From: an uncultured delta proteobacterium
GTDB lineage: Bacteria > Myxococcota_A > Polyangia > Fen-1088
DNA length: 37,270 nucleotides
NCBI GenBank assembly: GCA_963755125.1
Contig: CAVWIP010000009.1
Coordinates: forward strand, 1 to 37,270
Direction of reading: 5' to 3'
Part shown: positions 1 to 9,843 of the stretch, one piece after another
How positions within the stretch are numbered: position 1 is the stretch's first letter
Layout of the letters: each line of letters opens with the position of its first letter
Program-made: the position numbers and the translations under genes
Notes under the pieces: model-generated
The model's database searches: none
What the model saw: the letters and a program-made list of their open reading frames with translations, nothing else
What the model was told of the DNA's origin: nothing

Positions 1-128
1 ACCCAGCTGCGCACAAGCAGGTGAAGGTCGGTTCCTGTCTGGCCGAAGTTCATGTGCGCCGGACGGCCGGGGATGTCGGCGTCTAACTCACGCTTGCCGA
101 AAGCACGCCGTTGATCAATCATCTCCAC
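1..128 (-). CDS. Possible 5' part of a hypothetical gene running off the window (MEMIDQRRAFGKRELDADIPG...)
   Basis: GGAGG 5 nt upstream of GTG at 128; the frame stays open to the window edge; no family recognised. Confidence 0.3.
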   Translation of the reverse strand, partial: MEMIDQRRAFGKRELDADIPGRPAHMNFGQTGTDLHLLVRSW

Positions 129-213
129 ATTGACCTCCCAACGCGAGGCGCGCGCGTGCGTCTGCGTTTTCTCGGGCGCAATTCACTGGCTTCTTGTTCC
201 CGCCAGCCACGGC

Positions 214-435
214 CTACCGGCAATTCGATGGCGTTACCTTGGGCACGGAACCTGTCAGCGCTTTGATAAATGCCACCAAGTCTTGCTTTTCCCTAGCGGT
301 CAGGTTGAGCGGCTTGACGAGCGCATCGAGGTTCGGGTTAGGAGTTTCGCCGCGGTCGAGGTAGTCGACGACGTCCGCCAAAGTTTTCGTCTTGCCGTCG
401 TGCATGTATGGGTACGAGCGGGTGAGCGAGTGAAC
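214..435 (-). pseudogene. C-terminal fragment of a cytochrome c peroxidase/MauG-family gene
   Basis: YPYMHDGKTKTLADVVDYLDRG...LNLTAREKQDLVAFIKALTG matches the CCP/MauG C-terminus; no CxxCH or N-terminal part upstream. Confidence 0.8.
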
Positions 436-484
436 ATCTGAGCGGCGTCCTGTCACAAGAGGCCCGCACCAGGAGAGGTGGACA

Positions 485-634
485 GTGGAAGCAATCTCGC
501 AGAAGGCCGGAAATTCGATCGCGGTGAGCACGATCGCTCGGGTCGCCCTTCGCCAGAGCTTCCAGGTATTTGGCGCATCTCGGGGCAGCGTTACCCGCGA
601 TCGTCGAAGCGCGTTTTGCCCTGATCGTTTACAT
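485..634. repeat. ~150-bp palindromic dispersed element, subtype A, copy 1
   Basis: Aligns by eye with 3328-3479 over its full length; ends are gTGGAAGCAATC and GATCGTTTACAt. Confidence 0.85.
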
Positions 635-842
635 GCGAACCATGGTCGCCCCATGCGGGCTTGGCCGCAAGCGATTCCCACGCGATAACCCTCGACTGCA
701 TCATCTGAAGATGCGCTGAACCTTCTCCCCCATGTCAGCCACCCGGCGTACAATGCCCCTCGACATGGCCTCGAAGCGCGCAGTCCTTCACGGGCACGCG
801 ATACAATGTTGTGAGCCGCCGATGTGCGAGCGAATCTCGGTT

Positions 843-1880
843 ATGCATTCCTGTCTGAATCTCCCGTTGCTCTTTGCCATCATCTGTGGCTGTTCGTCGT
901 CGGCGCTGGGCTTGCCCTCGATGGATCTGGGCGCGCTATCCAAGCCGGCGGTGGTCACCGCGCGCGACGGCGGCGCGGCCGCGCTGGTGGGCGGTCGCAT
1001 GCTCTGGACATTCGGCGACACTCTGATGACGGTGACCGGCGCTGACGGGTTCAACTACCGTTCGGCGACCGCGGGATGGGCCAATGTGGGCGATCTCCAA
1101 CTGGATGAGGAGCTGGACGCAACGGGCGCGCCCTTCCAGTTGTTCCCTTTCACGGCCGACGAAACGGCCTACAACGTCGCCAACGGCCCGACCGAACGCT
1201 ACGCCCTGTGGCCGGGCAGCGCGATCGAGGCACCTGATGGCAGCGGCGCCTGGATCTTCTATCAGCGGCTGAAGGTCCACCCCGGGACGCTGAACTTCGA
1301 GGCCCTCGACGTGGGGCTGGCGCGCCTCTCCCCTGGCTCGACGGTGGCGGTCCGCGATCCATCTCCGCTGTTCAGCGCGCCCACGCCCGCCTATGCGCTC
1401 GCCGCCGATGTCGATGGCGGCTTCGTGTATCTCTACGCATGCTACCCGGTATCCGGACAGCTCGATGAACTATGCCGCGTGGTGCGCGCTCCGGTCGCGG
1501 AGGCGCCCCTGGCCAGCGCCTGGCAGGCGTACGACGGCGTGACCTGGCAGCCCGACCTCAGCCAGGCGCAGACCGTTCTGCACGGGGCTCCGGGCGATCT
1601 ATCGGTATCGTTCAATGCCTACCTGGGACAATTCCTGGCCGTGTACAGTGGTATTTTCTCCAACGACGTCAGATGGCGCACGTCCCCGCTTCCCGAGGGG
1701 TCGTGGTCCGAGGAACGGCCGCTATTCGAGGCCCTGCCTCCGCCTTCGGGCAACGACTATGGCGCCAAGGAGCACCCCGAACTGGCCAGTGATGGCGGCA
1801 GGACCGTGGTCGTCAGCTACGCACACGCGACTGGAACATTCGCGGGCGAGGTACGATTGTCGTCGGTGACCTTTCCCTGA
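843..1880 (+). CDS. DUF4185-like secreted lipoprotein
   Basis: Lipobox LLFAIICGC after ATG 843 (the ORF track starts at 732); RDGG...WTFGDT, WPGSA, SVSFNAYLGQFLAVY and YGAKEHPEL motifs. Confidence 0.7.
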   Translation: MHSCLNLPLLFAIICGCSSSALGLPSMDLGALSKPAVVTARDGGAAALVGGRMLWTFGDTLMTVTGADGFNYRSATAGWANVGDLQLDEELDATGAPFQLFPFTADETAYNVANGPTERYALWPGSAIEAPDGSGAWIFYQRLKVHPGTLNFEALDVGLARLSPGSTVAVRDPSPLFSAPTPAYALAADVDGGFVYLYACYPVSGQLDELCRVVRAPVAEAPLASAWQAYDGVTWQPDLSQAQTVLHGAPGDLSVSFNAYLGQFLAVYSGIFSNDVRWRTSPLPEGSWSEERPLFEALPPPSGNDYGAKEHPELASDGGRTVVVSYAHATGTFAGEVRLSSVTFP

Positions 1881-1890
1881 TGGGAGCCCC

Positions 1891-2967
1891 ATGAAGACTG
1901 GCATGGCCGATGTTGCTCTGTGTACCATGGCCGCCGTATTGCCCGGATGTGCTTCCAGCGGGGTGGGGCTCAGCAAGACTACAGTTGCTGCCACGCCAGT
2001 ACAACAGCACGGTCTGCTCAAGGCAGCCGGCAACAAGATCGTGGACAAGACCGACACGCCGGTTCGGCTGGCCGGAATGAGCCTGTTCTGGCCGGTGTGG
2101 GGCGGCGAGCGCTTTTTCACCAAGGAAGTTGTCGACTGGTTGGTCACGGATTGGAAGTGCACCCTGCTTCGCGCACCCGTGGCGGTCGAGCCCAAGGGCG
2201 GCTATCTGGACAATGCCGGCCTCAGCAAGGTGCGCTCGCACTCGGTAGTGGACGCGGCCATCGCCAATGGCGTGTATGTTCTGGTCGACTGGCATGAGGA
2301 GCACGCCGACCAGCACGTGGAGCAGGCGCAAGCTTTCTTCGAGGACATGGCGAGAAGCTACGGCGACAGGCCCAACGTGATCTTCGAGATCTGGAACGAA
2401 CCAGCGGGCAAGTCGGAGCCTATCCCCAGTTGGCCCCATATCAAGGCGTACGCGGAGAGCATTATTCCCATCATCCGCAGGCACAGTCCCAACCTCATCG
2501 TGGTCGGCACCCCCGCCTGGTCGCAACGAGTGGATGTCGCCGCCGATGATCCGGTGGTGGGAGACAACATTGCGTACTCGTTCCATTTCTACGCCGGTAG
2601 CCACGGTCGCGAGCTGCGGGACAAGGCCGACTACGCCCTTGGCAAGGGTATCGCCCTGTTCATTACGGAATGGGGCACTTCAATTGCAGATGGTGGAAAC
2701 GCCGACAAGCGGGTCTACATCGAGGCCGCCGGGGAATGGCTTCGCTGGGCTGACGATAACAACCTGTCCTGGGCCAACTGGTCAGTCATGGACAAGGACG
2801 AGGCATCCTCCATCCTGCGGCCGGAGGACTGGGATGAGAACGGCTGGCTCAACGTGGACCCTGACAAGGGCCACTGGCCGGCAAGCCGCCTGTCAGAGTC
2901 GGGACGCTGGGTCCGAGAACAACTTACGGCAGCGGGGCGCCGGTGCTCTTCATGTACTCGTCGATGA
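1891..2967 (+). CDS. GH5 family endoglucanase (cellulase-like), probable lipoprotein
   Basis: GMSLFW, YVLVDWH, FEIWNEP (acid/base), YSFHFYAG, FITEWG (nucleophile), SWANWS. Confidence 0.93.
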   Translation: MKTGMADVALCTMAAVLPGCASSGVGLSKTTVAATPVQQHGLLKAAGNKIVDKTDTPVRLAGMSLFWPVWGGERFFTKEVVDWLVTDWKCTLLRAPVAVEPKGGYLDNAGLSKVRSHSVVDAAIANGVYVLVDWHEEHADQHVEQAQAFFEDMARSYGDRPNVIFEIWNEPAGKSEPIPSWPHIKAYAESIIPIIRRHSPNLIVVGTPAWSQRVDVAADDPVVGDNIAYSFHFYAGSHGRELRDKADYALGKGIALFITEWGTSIADGGNADKRVYIEAAGEWLRWADDNNLSWANWSVMDKDEASSILRPEDWDENGWLNVDPDKGHWPASRLSESGRWVREQLTAAGRRCSSCTRR

Positions 2968-3028
2968 CCTTGCGCACGTTGGCGTTCCGGGGAACGATCG
3001 AGATCTCGATGTGGCGGTTTTGTTGGTA
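2933..3028 (-). pseudogene. Short fragment resembling an OmpA/MotB C-terminal segment
   Basis: The minus-strand frame reads YQQNRHIEISIVPRNANVRKVIDEYMKSTGAP, similar to the NRRIEI motif; abuts the repeat at 3031. Confidence 0.4.
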
Positions 3029-3030
3029 GG

Positions 3031-3126
3031 CCCGTGCCGGCTACCCGAGGTATCCGCGCGAGATGACAGCTGAAATCCGGGAGAACGAGCATCTCGACTG
3101 GCTACCCTTTCTCGTGGTTGCCAGGG
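3031..3126 (+). repeat. Dispersed repeat C, copy 1 (CCCGTGCCGGCTAC...ATCCGCGCGAGATGACAGC)
   Basis: Gapless similarity to 32371-32442 (+) and 33008-33104 (-). Confidence 0.8.
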
Positions 3127-3327
3127 GCGGCGTGAGGCACGGCTACGCCAGATTCGTCGATTGGCCTATTGAATCTGTCCTTCGTCCAGCAATTGCGGGA
3201 ACCTGGTGCTGTCGTGATGCTACACAACCTTGCGACTACGTCACAGACGCTCCGCGCCGACTCACCTCCAGGAGCACGCGCTCCGCACCAGCACGAGGGC
3301 GCTCACCAGGCCCTTGCAATCCCACGA

Positions 3328-3479
3328 CTGGAAGCAATCTCGCAGAAAGGCGGGAATTCGATCGCGGTAAGAGCGATCGCTTGGGTCGCCCTTCGCCAGA
3401 GCTTCCGGGTATTTTGGCGCATCTCGGAGCCGCGGTACCCGCGATCGTCGAGGCGCGTTTTCCCCTGATCGTTTTACAG
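3328..3479. repeat. ~150-bp palindromic dispersed element, subtype A, copy 2
   Basis: Ends are CTGGAAGCAATC and GATCGTTTTACAG; internal hairpins CGATCGC-N7-GCGATCG and CGCGG-TAC-CCGCG. Confidence 0.85.
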
Positions 3480-3574
3480 CTCCGGGTCCAGCAGCCGCCC
3501 TCCCAAACGTGATGATAGGCATCCCGGTCGATTCGGCGAAGGTGCTCCAACTCTGCCTTGAGCTCGTCGGGCAG
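3480..3574 (-). pseudogene. Internal fragment of a PBSX-family phage terminase large subunit
   Basis: LPDELKAELEHLRRIDRDAYHHVWEGGCWTRS resembles the P..L..E.E......Y.HVWEG.C segment of PBSX TerL; cut at the element end (3479). Confidence 0.65.
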
Positions 3575-3604
3575 GATCGCGCGCCCCGGCCACCGGCTTC
3601 CCGC

Positions 3605-4594
3605 TCACACCCAGAACAGGTCGGTACTCAGATACTTCTCGCCCCGATCAGGGAAGATGGTCACGATCACGCCAGACTGAATCTCCTGGGCGACAGTGCG
3701 GGCCGCGTATAGGGCCGCGCCACTGCTCATGCCGACCAGGATCCCCTCGGCCCGCGCCGTCTGGCGCGCCAACTCGAAGGCGTCCTCGGTTTCAATCATG
3801 ATGTGCCGGTCGATGTTTTCCGCCGAGTAGATGGCGGGCACGATGGCCTCTTCCAGGTTCTTGAGGCCCTGGATGTAGTGGCCGCGTACCGGGTGGGCAC
3901 TGACGATCTTCACCTTGGCCATCTTCTCCTTGAGAGCCAGGCCCACGCCCATGAGCGTGCCACTGGTCCCCAGCGCCGACACGAAGTAATCGAGTCGGCC
4001 GTCAGTCTGGGCAAGGATCTCCTGCGCCGTGGTCTCGTAGTGAGCCAGCTGATTGTAGTGGTTGGAGAATTGATCGGGCATGAAGTATTTGTCGGGAAAT
4101 TCGCCCACAAGCTGGCGTGCCTTCAAGATGGCCCCGTCGGTGCCCAACTTGGAGTCGGTGAGGGTCACCTCGGCGCCAAATGCCTGGACCATCTTGCGGC
4201 GCTCGATGGACACCGACTCGCTCATGACGATCATGACTGAATAGCCTTTGACCGCACCTATCATGGCGAGAGCGATGCCAGTGTTGCCGCTGGTCGGCTC
4301 CAGGATGGTCTTGCCGGGCAAGAGAGCACCCTCGCGTTCGGCCTGCTCGATCATCTTGAGCGCGATGCGATCCTTGATGCTGCCGGTGGGGTTGAAGCCC
4401 TCCAGCTTGGCAAAAATCTTCACCCTCGGGTTGGGGTTGAGCCGCCGAATCTCCACCATCGGCGTACGGCCGACGAGGTCGAGGATGCTGGCAGCGGGCA
4501 GGTCAAGCGGTGGTAGGTTGGACATGATGTGAAGTTCGTCTGGCGTGCAGGGATCGTCGAGCGCGGATGATATGTGCTGAAGATCCTCGCTCAC
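3605..4594 (-). CDS. cysM: PLP-dependent cysteine synthase (CysM/CysK family)
   Basis: VGRTP, KLEGFNPTGSIKDR (PLP lysine), EPTSGNTG, DQFSN, GTSGT, GMSSGA, PDRGEKYLST; the start may instead be the MSNLPP ATG. Confidence 0.9.
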   Translation of the reverse strand: MSEDLQHISSALDDPCTPDELHIMSNLPPLDLPAASILDLVGRTPMVEIRRLNPNPRVKIFAKLEGFNPTGSIKDRIALKMIEQAEREGALLPGKTILEPTSGNTGIALAMIGAVKGYSVMIVMSESVSIERRKMVQAFGAEVTLTDSKLGTDGAILKARQLVGEFPDKYFMPDQFSNHYNQLAHYETTAQEILAQTDGRLDYFVSALGTSGTLMGVGLALKEKMAKVKIVSAHPVRGHYIQGLKNLEEAIVPAIYSAENIDRHIMIETEDAFELARQTARAEGILVGMSSGAALYAARTVAQEIQSGVIVTIFPDRGEKYLSTDLFWV

Positions 4595-4995
4595 AGTTGG
4601 AGCTGTATTCAGGATCGTCGGGCATCGTGATACTGGCCCGTCCCACTCTCAAGCTGTAAACTACGACGCAACGCAAATCGGGCGATCCTGTTAAATAGAG
4701 CACCGCGTCTCTCGCCCGTCTCGGCTCTCTGATCGCCCCTCTTTCCCCCATTCCCCACCCTGTTCGCCCTCTTGACGGATCTCGGCATTCTTCGCCGCAT
4801 GTTTCAGCCGAATCCCCATTTCATCGCCATTCCCTCCGGAGGTCTGGCCGGAAGGTGAACCAGGTTTGTGCGCCACGGCTGTCAACCATCGCTACCGTCG
4901 GAAAACACACGCCGGGGATGGCGTCTTGGCGAAGGACAGGTGGCGACGGCCGGTGCGGGAGGTGTCCAGCCCATCAGACAATCGGGGATGCGCTC

Positions 4996-5061
4996 GGGCG
5001 GGATGGTGCGCGCGACCACCTGACCATGGCGTGTGATCTGGACCTCGCGCGCCTCGACGAT
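4996..5061 (-). pseudogene. Fragment resembling a Phd/YefM antitoxin
   Basis: IVEAREVQITRHGQVVARTIPP resembles V..GEEV.ITRHG.PVARLVP. Confidence 0.5.
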
Positions 5062-5099
5062 GGCCGCATTGCGCGTGGACCGCACGCGGTTTGTGAGTG

Positions 5100-5255
5100 C
5101 AGGGTGGACTTGCCGGATCCGTCCTCCCACACGAACAGTGTGACCGGCGCATCGACCGGAACAGTTGTGGTCTGCTGGAACAGCGGCAAATGAAACGGAT
5201 ACGTCTCGCGAGTCGGAAAACGATCGTGAACGATAGTCAGGGTGGCCAGATGCAC
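5100..5255 (-). pseudogene. N-terminal fragment of a predicted AAA/ABC-type ATPase
   Basis: YPFHLPLF...PVTLFVWEDGSGKSTL; the Walker A Gly is replaced by Trp and the similarity stops right after the P-loop. Confidence 0.7.
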
Positions 5256-5321
5256 CCGCGCAGATTCCGACTCCCGCACCAGGTTGTCCAGGGACTTGGA
5301 GCCCGCTGTAGGAGCGTCACA

Positions 5322-7040
5322 TCAACGCGGACCGGCGGACAATGGCAGATCGACGGTCTCGCCCACAGCCGGCATAGCAAACCTCTCCAAGTGGTTATCG
5401 CGCCAGATGAGAAATGCGAGCATCGGATCCTCGAACTGGCGCTCGTAGGAAACCTCGATTCGCGCCGGCCTCCCGTCACGCACAGCGGCGACACGAATCG
5501 TGGCACCGCACTGCTCGATCATGTCACCATCGGCCAACGGACGGTCAGGCGCGCGAAATAGCGTGTCGAACGAGGCTTCACGGAGCGATGGCGGATTGAC
5601 AATCTCAAGCATGAACGCTCGGTCGCGCGTTCGCGTGAGGCGGTGTCTAGCACGCGCGGCCGAGAGCACTGACCAGCAGGTGACCGCTCCCGGGTGGGTT
5701 TGCGCGAGCACGCCGCGTGGGTAGAGGAACACGAGCGGGTCCGAAGCGGCGATGATGATCGCCCGGCTTCCAGTCGGTGTGAGGGCCATCGCCTCGCGGG
5801 CGACGCGATCGGCAGCCCGGCCTCGGTGCGCCAACAAACGCATGTTGTGGAGCGATACCACCGGCGCCCACACGAGATGCGCGACCGCCAGCACGACCAC
5901 AAGCACTCTTCCCATGCTTGGCGCTAAAGCGCCGCGTGCCAGGATCACGCCGATCACGGCCGCAAACGCGATATCGGGCACCAGCAGCACGCGCCCCGTC
6001 GGATAGCCCCCCACTCCAGGCAAGAGCGCTCCAAGACCGCCGAGCGCGAGCCAACCGACCTTGCCCCCGGCTCGTGTCGCCTTCCACGACAGCAGAACAA
6101 TCGCGACCGCGGCGGCGCCGACCAGCGCGAGCGCGCCGTGCGAAACTCTCGACGCGAGCTCCGCGGGGATGCCAAGAGCCGCGTCCCCGAGGAGGATCGG
6201 GAGGCGAACGACCGCGAGCCTCGCGAACCCGAGCGGATCGGCTAATGGATCGTGGTAACCGCCGCTTCCGCGAGTGCCGCATCCGAGCGCAGCGTACACG
6301 CCAAGATAGGCGAGGCCGAGGATGATTGCTGGCATGCAATCGACGACGCGAGCCCGTTGCGACCGTGTACGATCACCCAACGTCAGGGCACACCACAGTG
6401 GTACCGCGCCGAGCGCGGCCTCGCTCGCGGTGAGTCCAACTGCGAGCGCGATGAGCCCCAGCCAGCGGGCGCGGCCACCGCGCGCGTACAGCGCCAGCGC
6501 CCACGCTACCGCCGCGCCGCCAACGACGACGTGTCGGGCGGCGATCCACGCATACGCCTGAGTGTGGGCCCCGGCTAACCCGAACGCGGCAAGCCCGAGC
6601 GTCGCGGCTGCGGGCGACAGGATACGCCGGTACAGGGCGGCTATCCCCGCGAGCAGGAGGGCGAACCATAGCAGCGAGCAGGCGTGGTACCCGAGCGCGC
6701 TATCACCGAATAGCCGATCGTCCGCAGTGAACAGTAGGCTAGTCAGCGGTCGCAAGAAGTGGATTTTGAGATCTGGCGCAGCCCACCACGCGAGGCGGCC
6801 GAAGCGGACCGCGACCGCGGACTCCACCGGATCTCCTCGAACGAACCGGAACAGGTCCCAGCTTGCGGGCGCATGCGTGCTGGTCGAGTGCAGCAGTGCG
6901 CGAAAGGCGTAGTCGTCAGTGACAAAGCCGGTGCCTAGCGACATCGCCGCGATGGCAAGCGGGAACGCAAATGCCACCGTGAGCGCACGCCGTGTTCCGA
7001 GCCATGTCTCCATCGTGAACAGTATGCCGAAGTGCTGCAT
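5322..7040 (-). CDS. Polytopic membrane protein, possibly GT-C-like
   Basis: 572 aa with many TM segments; DDY motif after TM1; FLRPLTS and GYHACSLLW segments. Confidence 0.75.
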   Translation of the reverse strand: MQHFGILFTMETWLGTRRALTVAFAFPLAIAAMSLGTGFVTDDYAFRALLHSTSTHAPASWDLFRFVRGDPVESAVAVRFGRLAWWAAPDLKIHFLRPLTSLLFTADDRLFGDSALGYHACSLLWFALLLAGIAALYRRILSPAAATLGLAAFGLAGAHTQAYAWIAARHVVVGGAAVAWALALYARGGRARWLGLIALAVGLTASEAALGAVPLWCALTLGDRTRSQRARVVDCMPAIILGLAYLGVYAALGCGTRGSGGYHDPLADPLGFARLAVVRLPILLGDAALGIPAELASRVSHGALALVGAAAVAIVLLSWKATRAGGKVGWLALGGLGALLPGVGGYPTGRVLLVPDIAFAAVIGVILARGALAPSMGRVLVVVLAVAHLVWAPVVSLHNMRLLAHRGRAADRVAREAMALTPTGSRAIIIAASDPLVFLYPRGVLAQTHPGAVTCWSVLSAARARHRLTRTRDRAFMLEIVNPPSLREASFDTLFRAPDRPLADGDMIEQCGATIRVAAVRDGRPARIEVSYERQFEDPMLAFLIWRDNHLERFAMPAVGETVDLPLSAGPR

Positions 7041-7201
7041 GTTGCGTCCAAGACAAGATTTGGCAACACTTGTGCCCGCCGCCCGACCCAGACCGGAGCC
7101 TGAGCGCCTGGTCGCTGTCTAAACAGCGAAGCGGCAGGTGCCCCTAACTGACCAACACCGTGCGAGGAGGCGTTTACCGTCTGACGACGGCCGCAATCCG
7201 G

Positions 7202-7654
7202 CTATCGCCTGGGTTTGGGCGGAGCGGAGCCACCGCCTTTGCCGCCTCTTCGGAAACGGTTCCACACCACCGCGTCGAGCGCCCAGCGATCGCATCCCAG
7301 CATCAGAATGGCCAAGGTTGCCGCCAGGTAGAGGGTAGCGACCTCGCGCTGCCGCCAGGAGGCCCCAGCCTCGCCGGTGAAGACGGCCATGCCCAAACTG
7401 AAAGCGAGCAGTAGGGCTGCGACCCGACCCGCCAGGCTGATCGTGATCAGGATTCCACCGACCAGTTCGGCGGCTACGGCCAGCGGCAGGCTGTAGCGAT
7501 GGCCCATGTGGAGCGGGTCAGGGAAGCTGGATACGCGATTGCTGTAGTGGCGCGCTCGTTCCATGCCGTGAAGGCAAGCCATGTTGAGTCCCACGCCGAG
7601 GCGCAAGGAGAGGAGCCCAAGGTTGGCGAAACTTTCTCTGCTGAAAGCTGCCAC
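7202..7654 (-). CDS. DoxX family membrane protein
   Basis: GLLSLRLGVG..M..HG, FPDPLHMG, AELVGGILI, GCDRWALD; probable GTG start at 7654. Confidence 0.8.
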   Translation of the reverse strand: MAAFSRESFANLGLLSLRLGVGLNMACLHGMERARHYSNRVSSFPDPLHMGHRYSLPLAVAAELVGGILITISLAGRVAALLLAFSLGMAVFTGEAGASWRQREVATLYLAATLAILMLGCDRWALDAVVWNRFRRGGKGGGSAPPKPRR

Positions 7655-7698
7655 GGCCGCAGGGTCGCATATCTGTCCCGAAGGCCCAAGAAATCGGT

Positions 7699-7995
7699 CA
7701 GGGGTCGCTCGGGCGACGTCACGATCCAGGGCGCGTCGCCCTCGAACCAGGGTGGAGGGCCTATCTCCACAAAGCACGCAGGTGCCCCGCCATGTCTACT
7801 CGGCTAGTGACAGCGGCATCGGGCATTTCCTGCAAACGCTGTGTGGGCGCGAACTGGTCGAAGTGGCCAAGCACGCTCTCAGGAAGAAACCGACTGCGCG
7901 GAGTGTAGACATGGCGATCGCCGTAACGGCTTTGCTGGCGGATGAAGAAGCGTAGTGGGTGGATCATGCACAGGGTGTTCTTGGCGCGGGTCATG
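7699..7995. repeat. 297-bp direct repeat, copy 1 (helicase 3' end plus ~60 bp downstream)
   Basis: Gapless match to 27647-27943 at an offset of 19,948 bp. Confidence 0.97.
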
Positions 7996-9791
7996 GCCAC
8001 GTAGAGCAGACGTCGCTCTTCCTCGATCTCGTCGGCGCGGCCGGTGGCTAGGTCGGATGGGATGCAACCGTCGGCCACACTGAGCACATAGACGGTGTCC
8101 CATTCCTGTCCCTTGGCGGAATGGATGGTCGACAGGATCAAGAAGTCCTCGTCGATGTGAGGCGGGCCGGCCAGCGCGCCCGCACTCTCGGGTGGATCCA
8201 AGGTCAGGTCAGAGAGGAAGCGTTCGCGCGAGGATGCAGCGTCGGCCAAGCGTTCGATCTGATCGAGATCCGCCAGGCGAGTGCGCGCGCTGTCGTAGAG
8301 TCGTTCCAGATGCGGTTCGTAGAACCGGCGCACCCGGGCCAACTGCCCGGGCCACGGCGTGTTGGCATCCGTCAGGGCTTGCAATAGCTCAACCAGCGCC
8401 GGCCAGTCTTCAGCAGTTGCGGCCGGTGGCACGTAGCGGGCAAGGGCCTTGGCCAGATTTTCGCCGTCAGCCACGACCATCCGCTGAACCCGACCGGCCA
8501 GCACCGGCCCCATGCCGGGCAGGAGTTGCAGCACCCGGGCCGAGGCCAGGGCGTCGCGCGGATTCTCGGCCCAGCGCAGACAGGCCAGCGCGTCCTTCAC
8601 ATGCGCAGCCTCAAGGAACCGTAGGCCGCCGAACTTCATGAAGGGAATGTTGCGGCGGCCCAGTTCGACCTCCAGGGTGTCACTGTGATGGGCTGCGCGG
8701 AATAGCACCGCCTGCTGTTTGAGCAGGACGCCAGCCTCGCGTTGTTCCAGCACGCGATCTGCGACGAAGCCAGCCTGGGCATCCTCGTCATCAACTGTGA
8801 CGAGTCGCGGTCGCGCGCCACCTTTGCGCGTGGTGAAGAGATCTTTGGTGAAGCGTTCAGCGGCCAGACCGATGATCGCGTTGGCCGCCGCAAGAATCGG
8901 CTGGGTCGATCGGTAATTTTGCGCCAGGGTCAGCACCGTAGCCTGCGGCGCGAACTGTTTGGGAAAATCCAAGATGTTGCGCACGGTGGCCGCGCGAAAA
9001 GCATAGATCGACTGGGCATCGTCACCCACCACGCACAGTCCCCGTCCGTCCGGTCGCAGGCGGCGCAAGATCTCTGCCTGCAAGACATTGGTGTCCTGGT
9101 ACTCGTCAACCAAGATGTGGTCGAACAGACCCGAGATGGCCTTGGCCACGCTCGCATCGCCCACCAGGTGGTACCAGTAGAGCAAGAGATCGTCGTAGTC
9201 CAAGACCTGGCGGCTGAGCTTGGCTTCGACATAGCCAGCAAAGAGTCCGCGCAGAGCTTCTTCCCATTCGAGGCACCAGGGAAAGGCTCGCTCCAAGCAG
9301 GCGCGCAGAGAGGACTGGGTGTTCACCACGCGCGAGTAGATGGCCAGGGCGGTGCCCTTGCGCGGGAAGCGCCGCTGCTGCTGGCCCAGACCGGCCTCGG
9401 CGCGCACGGAATCTATCAAATCGGCCGAGTCCTCGCGGTCGAGCAACGTGAAGCCTGGATCCAGCCCCACCACCTGGGCGTGCTGGCGCAATAGGCGGTT
9501 GGCCACGGCGTGGAATGTCCCGGCCCAGGGCAAGGTTGCTTCGAGATCGCGCTGCCGCGCGGCCAGGCGCGCCGCCCGCCGGGTCATCTCGACCGCAGCT
9601 CGGCGTGTGAAGGTGAGTAAGAGAATGCGCCGAGGATCTACGCCACGTCTCATGAGCGCGGCCACCCGATGCGCCAAGGTCTGGGTTTTGCCCGACCCCG
9701 CCCCGGCAATGACCAGCAACGGCCCATCACCATGCGCACAGGCCGCAGCCTGCGCGTCGTTGAGGGGAGTTTCGCTGCTTCTGGAAGGCAC
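7761..9791 (-). CDS. UvrD/Rep/PcrA-family SF1 DNA helicase
   Basis: AGAGSGKT, LLLTFTRRAA, VDEYQDTN, VGDDAQSIYAFR, QNYRST, TIHSAKGQEW, EERRLLYVAMTRA. Confidence 0.96.
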   Translation of the reverse strand: MPSRSSETPLNDAQAAACAHGDGPLLVIAGAGSGKTQTLAHRVAALMRRGVDPRRILLLTFTRRAAVEMTRRAARLAARQRDLEATLPWAGTFHAVANRLLRQHAQVVGLDPGFTLLDREDSADLIDSVRAEAGLGQQQRRFPRKGTALAIYSRVVNTQSSLRACLERAFPWCLEWEEALRGLFAGYVEAKLSRQVLDYDDLLLYWYHLVGDASVAKAISGLFDHILVDEYQDTNVLQAEILRRLRPDGRGLCVVGDDAQSIYAFRAATVRNILDFPKQFAPQATVLTLAQNYRSTQPILAAANAIIGLAAERFTKDLFTTRKGGARPRLVTVDDEDAQAGFVADRVLEQREAGVLLKQQAVLFRAAHHSDTLEVELGRRNIPFMKFGGLRFLEAAHVKDALACLRWAENPRDALASARVLQLLPGMGPVLAGRVQRMVVADGENLAKALARYVPPAATAEDWPALVELLQALTDANTPWPGQLARVRRFYEPHLERLYDSARTRLADLDQIERLADAASSRERFLSDLTLDPPESAGALAGPPHIDEDFLILSTIHSAKGQEWDTVYVLSVADGCIPSDLATGRADEIEEERRLLYVAMTRAKNTLCMIHPLRFFIRQQSRYGDRHVYTPRSRFLPESVLGHFDQFAPTQRLQEMPDAAVTSRVDMAGHLRALWR

Positions 9792-9798
9792 TCACCCG

Positions 9799-9826
9799 AT
9801 ACTACGCAAATGTTCAGTCGGCGCAA
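9799..9826 (-). promoter_or_regulatory. Promoter of the helicase gene with an overlapping LexA-type box
   Basis: TTGCGC-N16-TAGTAT, 7 nt before the GTG start; CTACGC-AAAT-GTTCAG at 9802-9817 has the same 16-bp geometry as the imuA box. Confidence 0.65.
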
Positions 9827-9843
9827 GATCGGGATCTCGGCAA

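Noticed and set aside
4691..4830. Pyrimidine-rich stretch, possibly a short tandem repeat or four-helix-bundle gene remnant
   Set aside because: No clear period or recognisable motif
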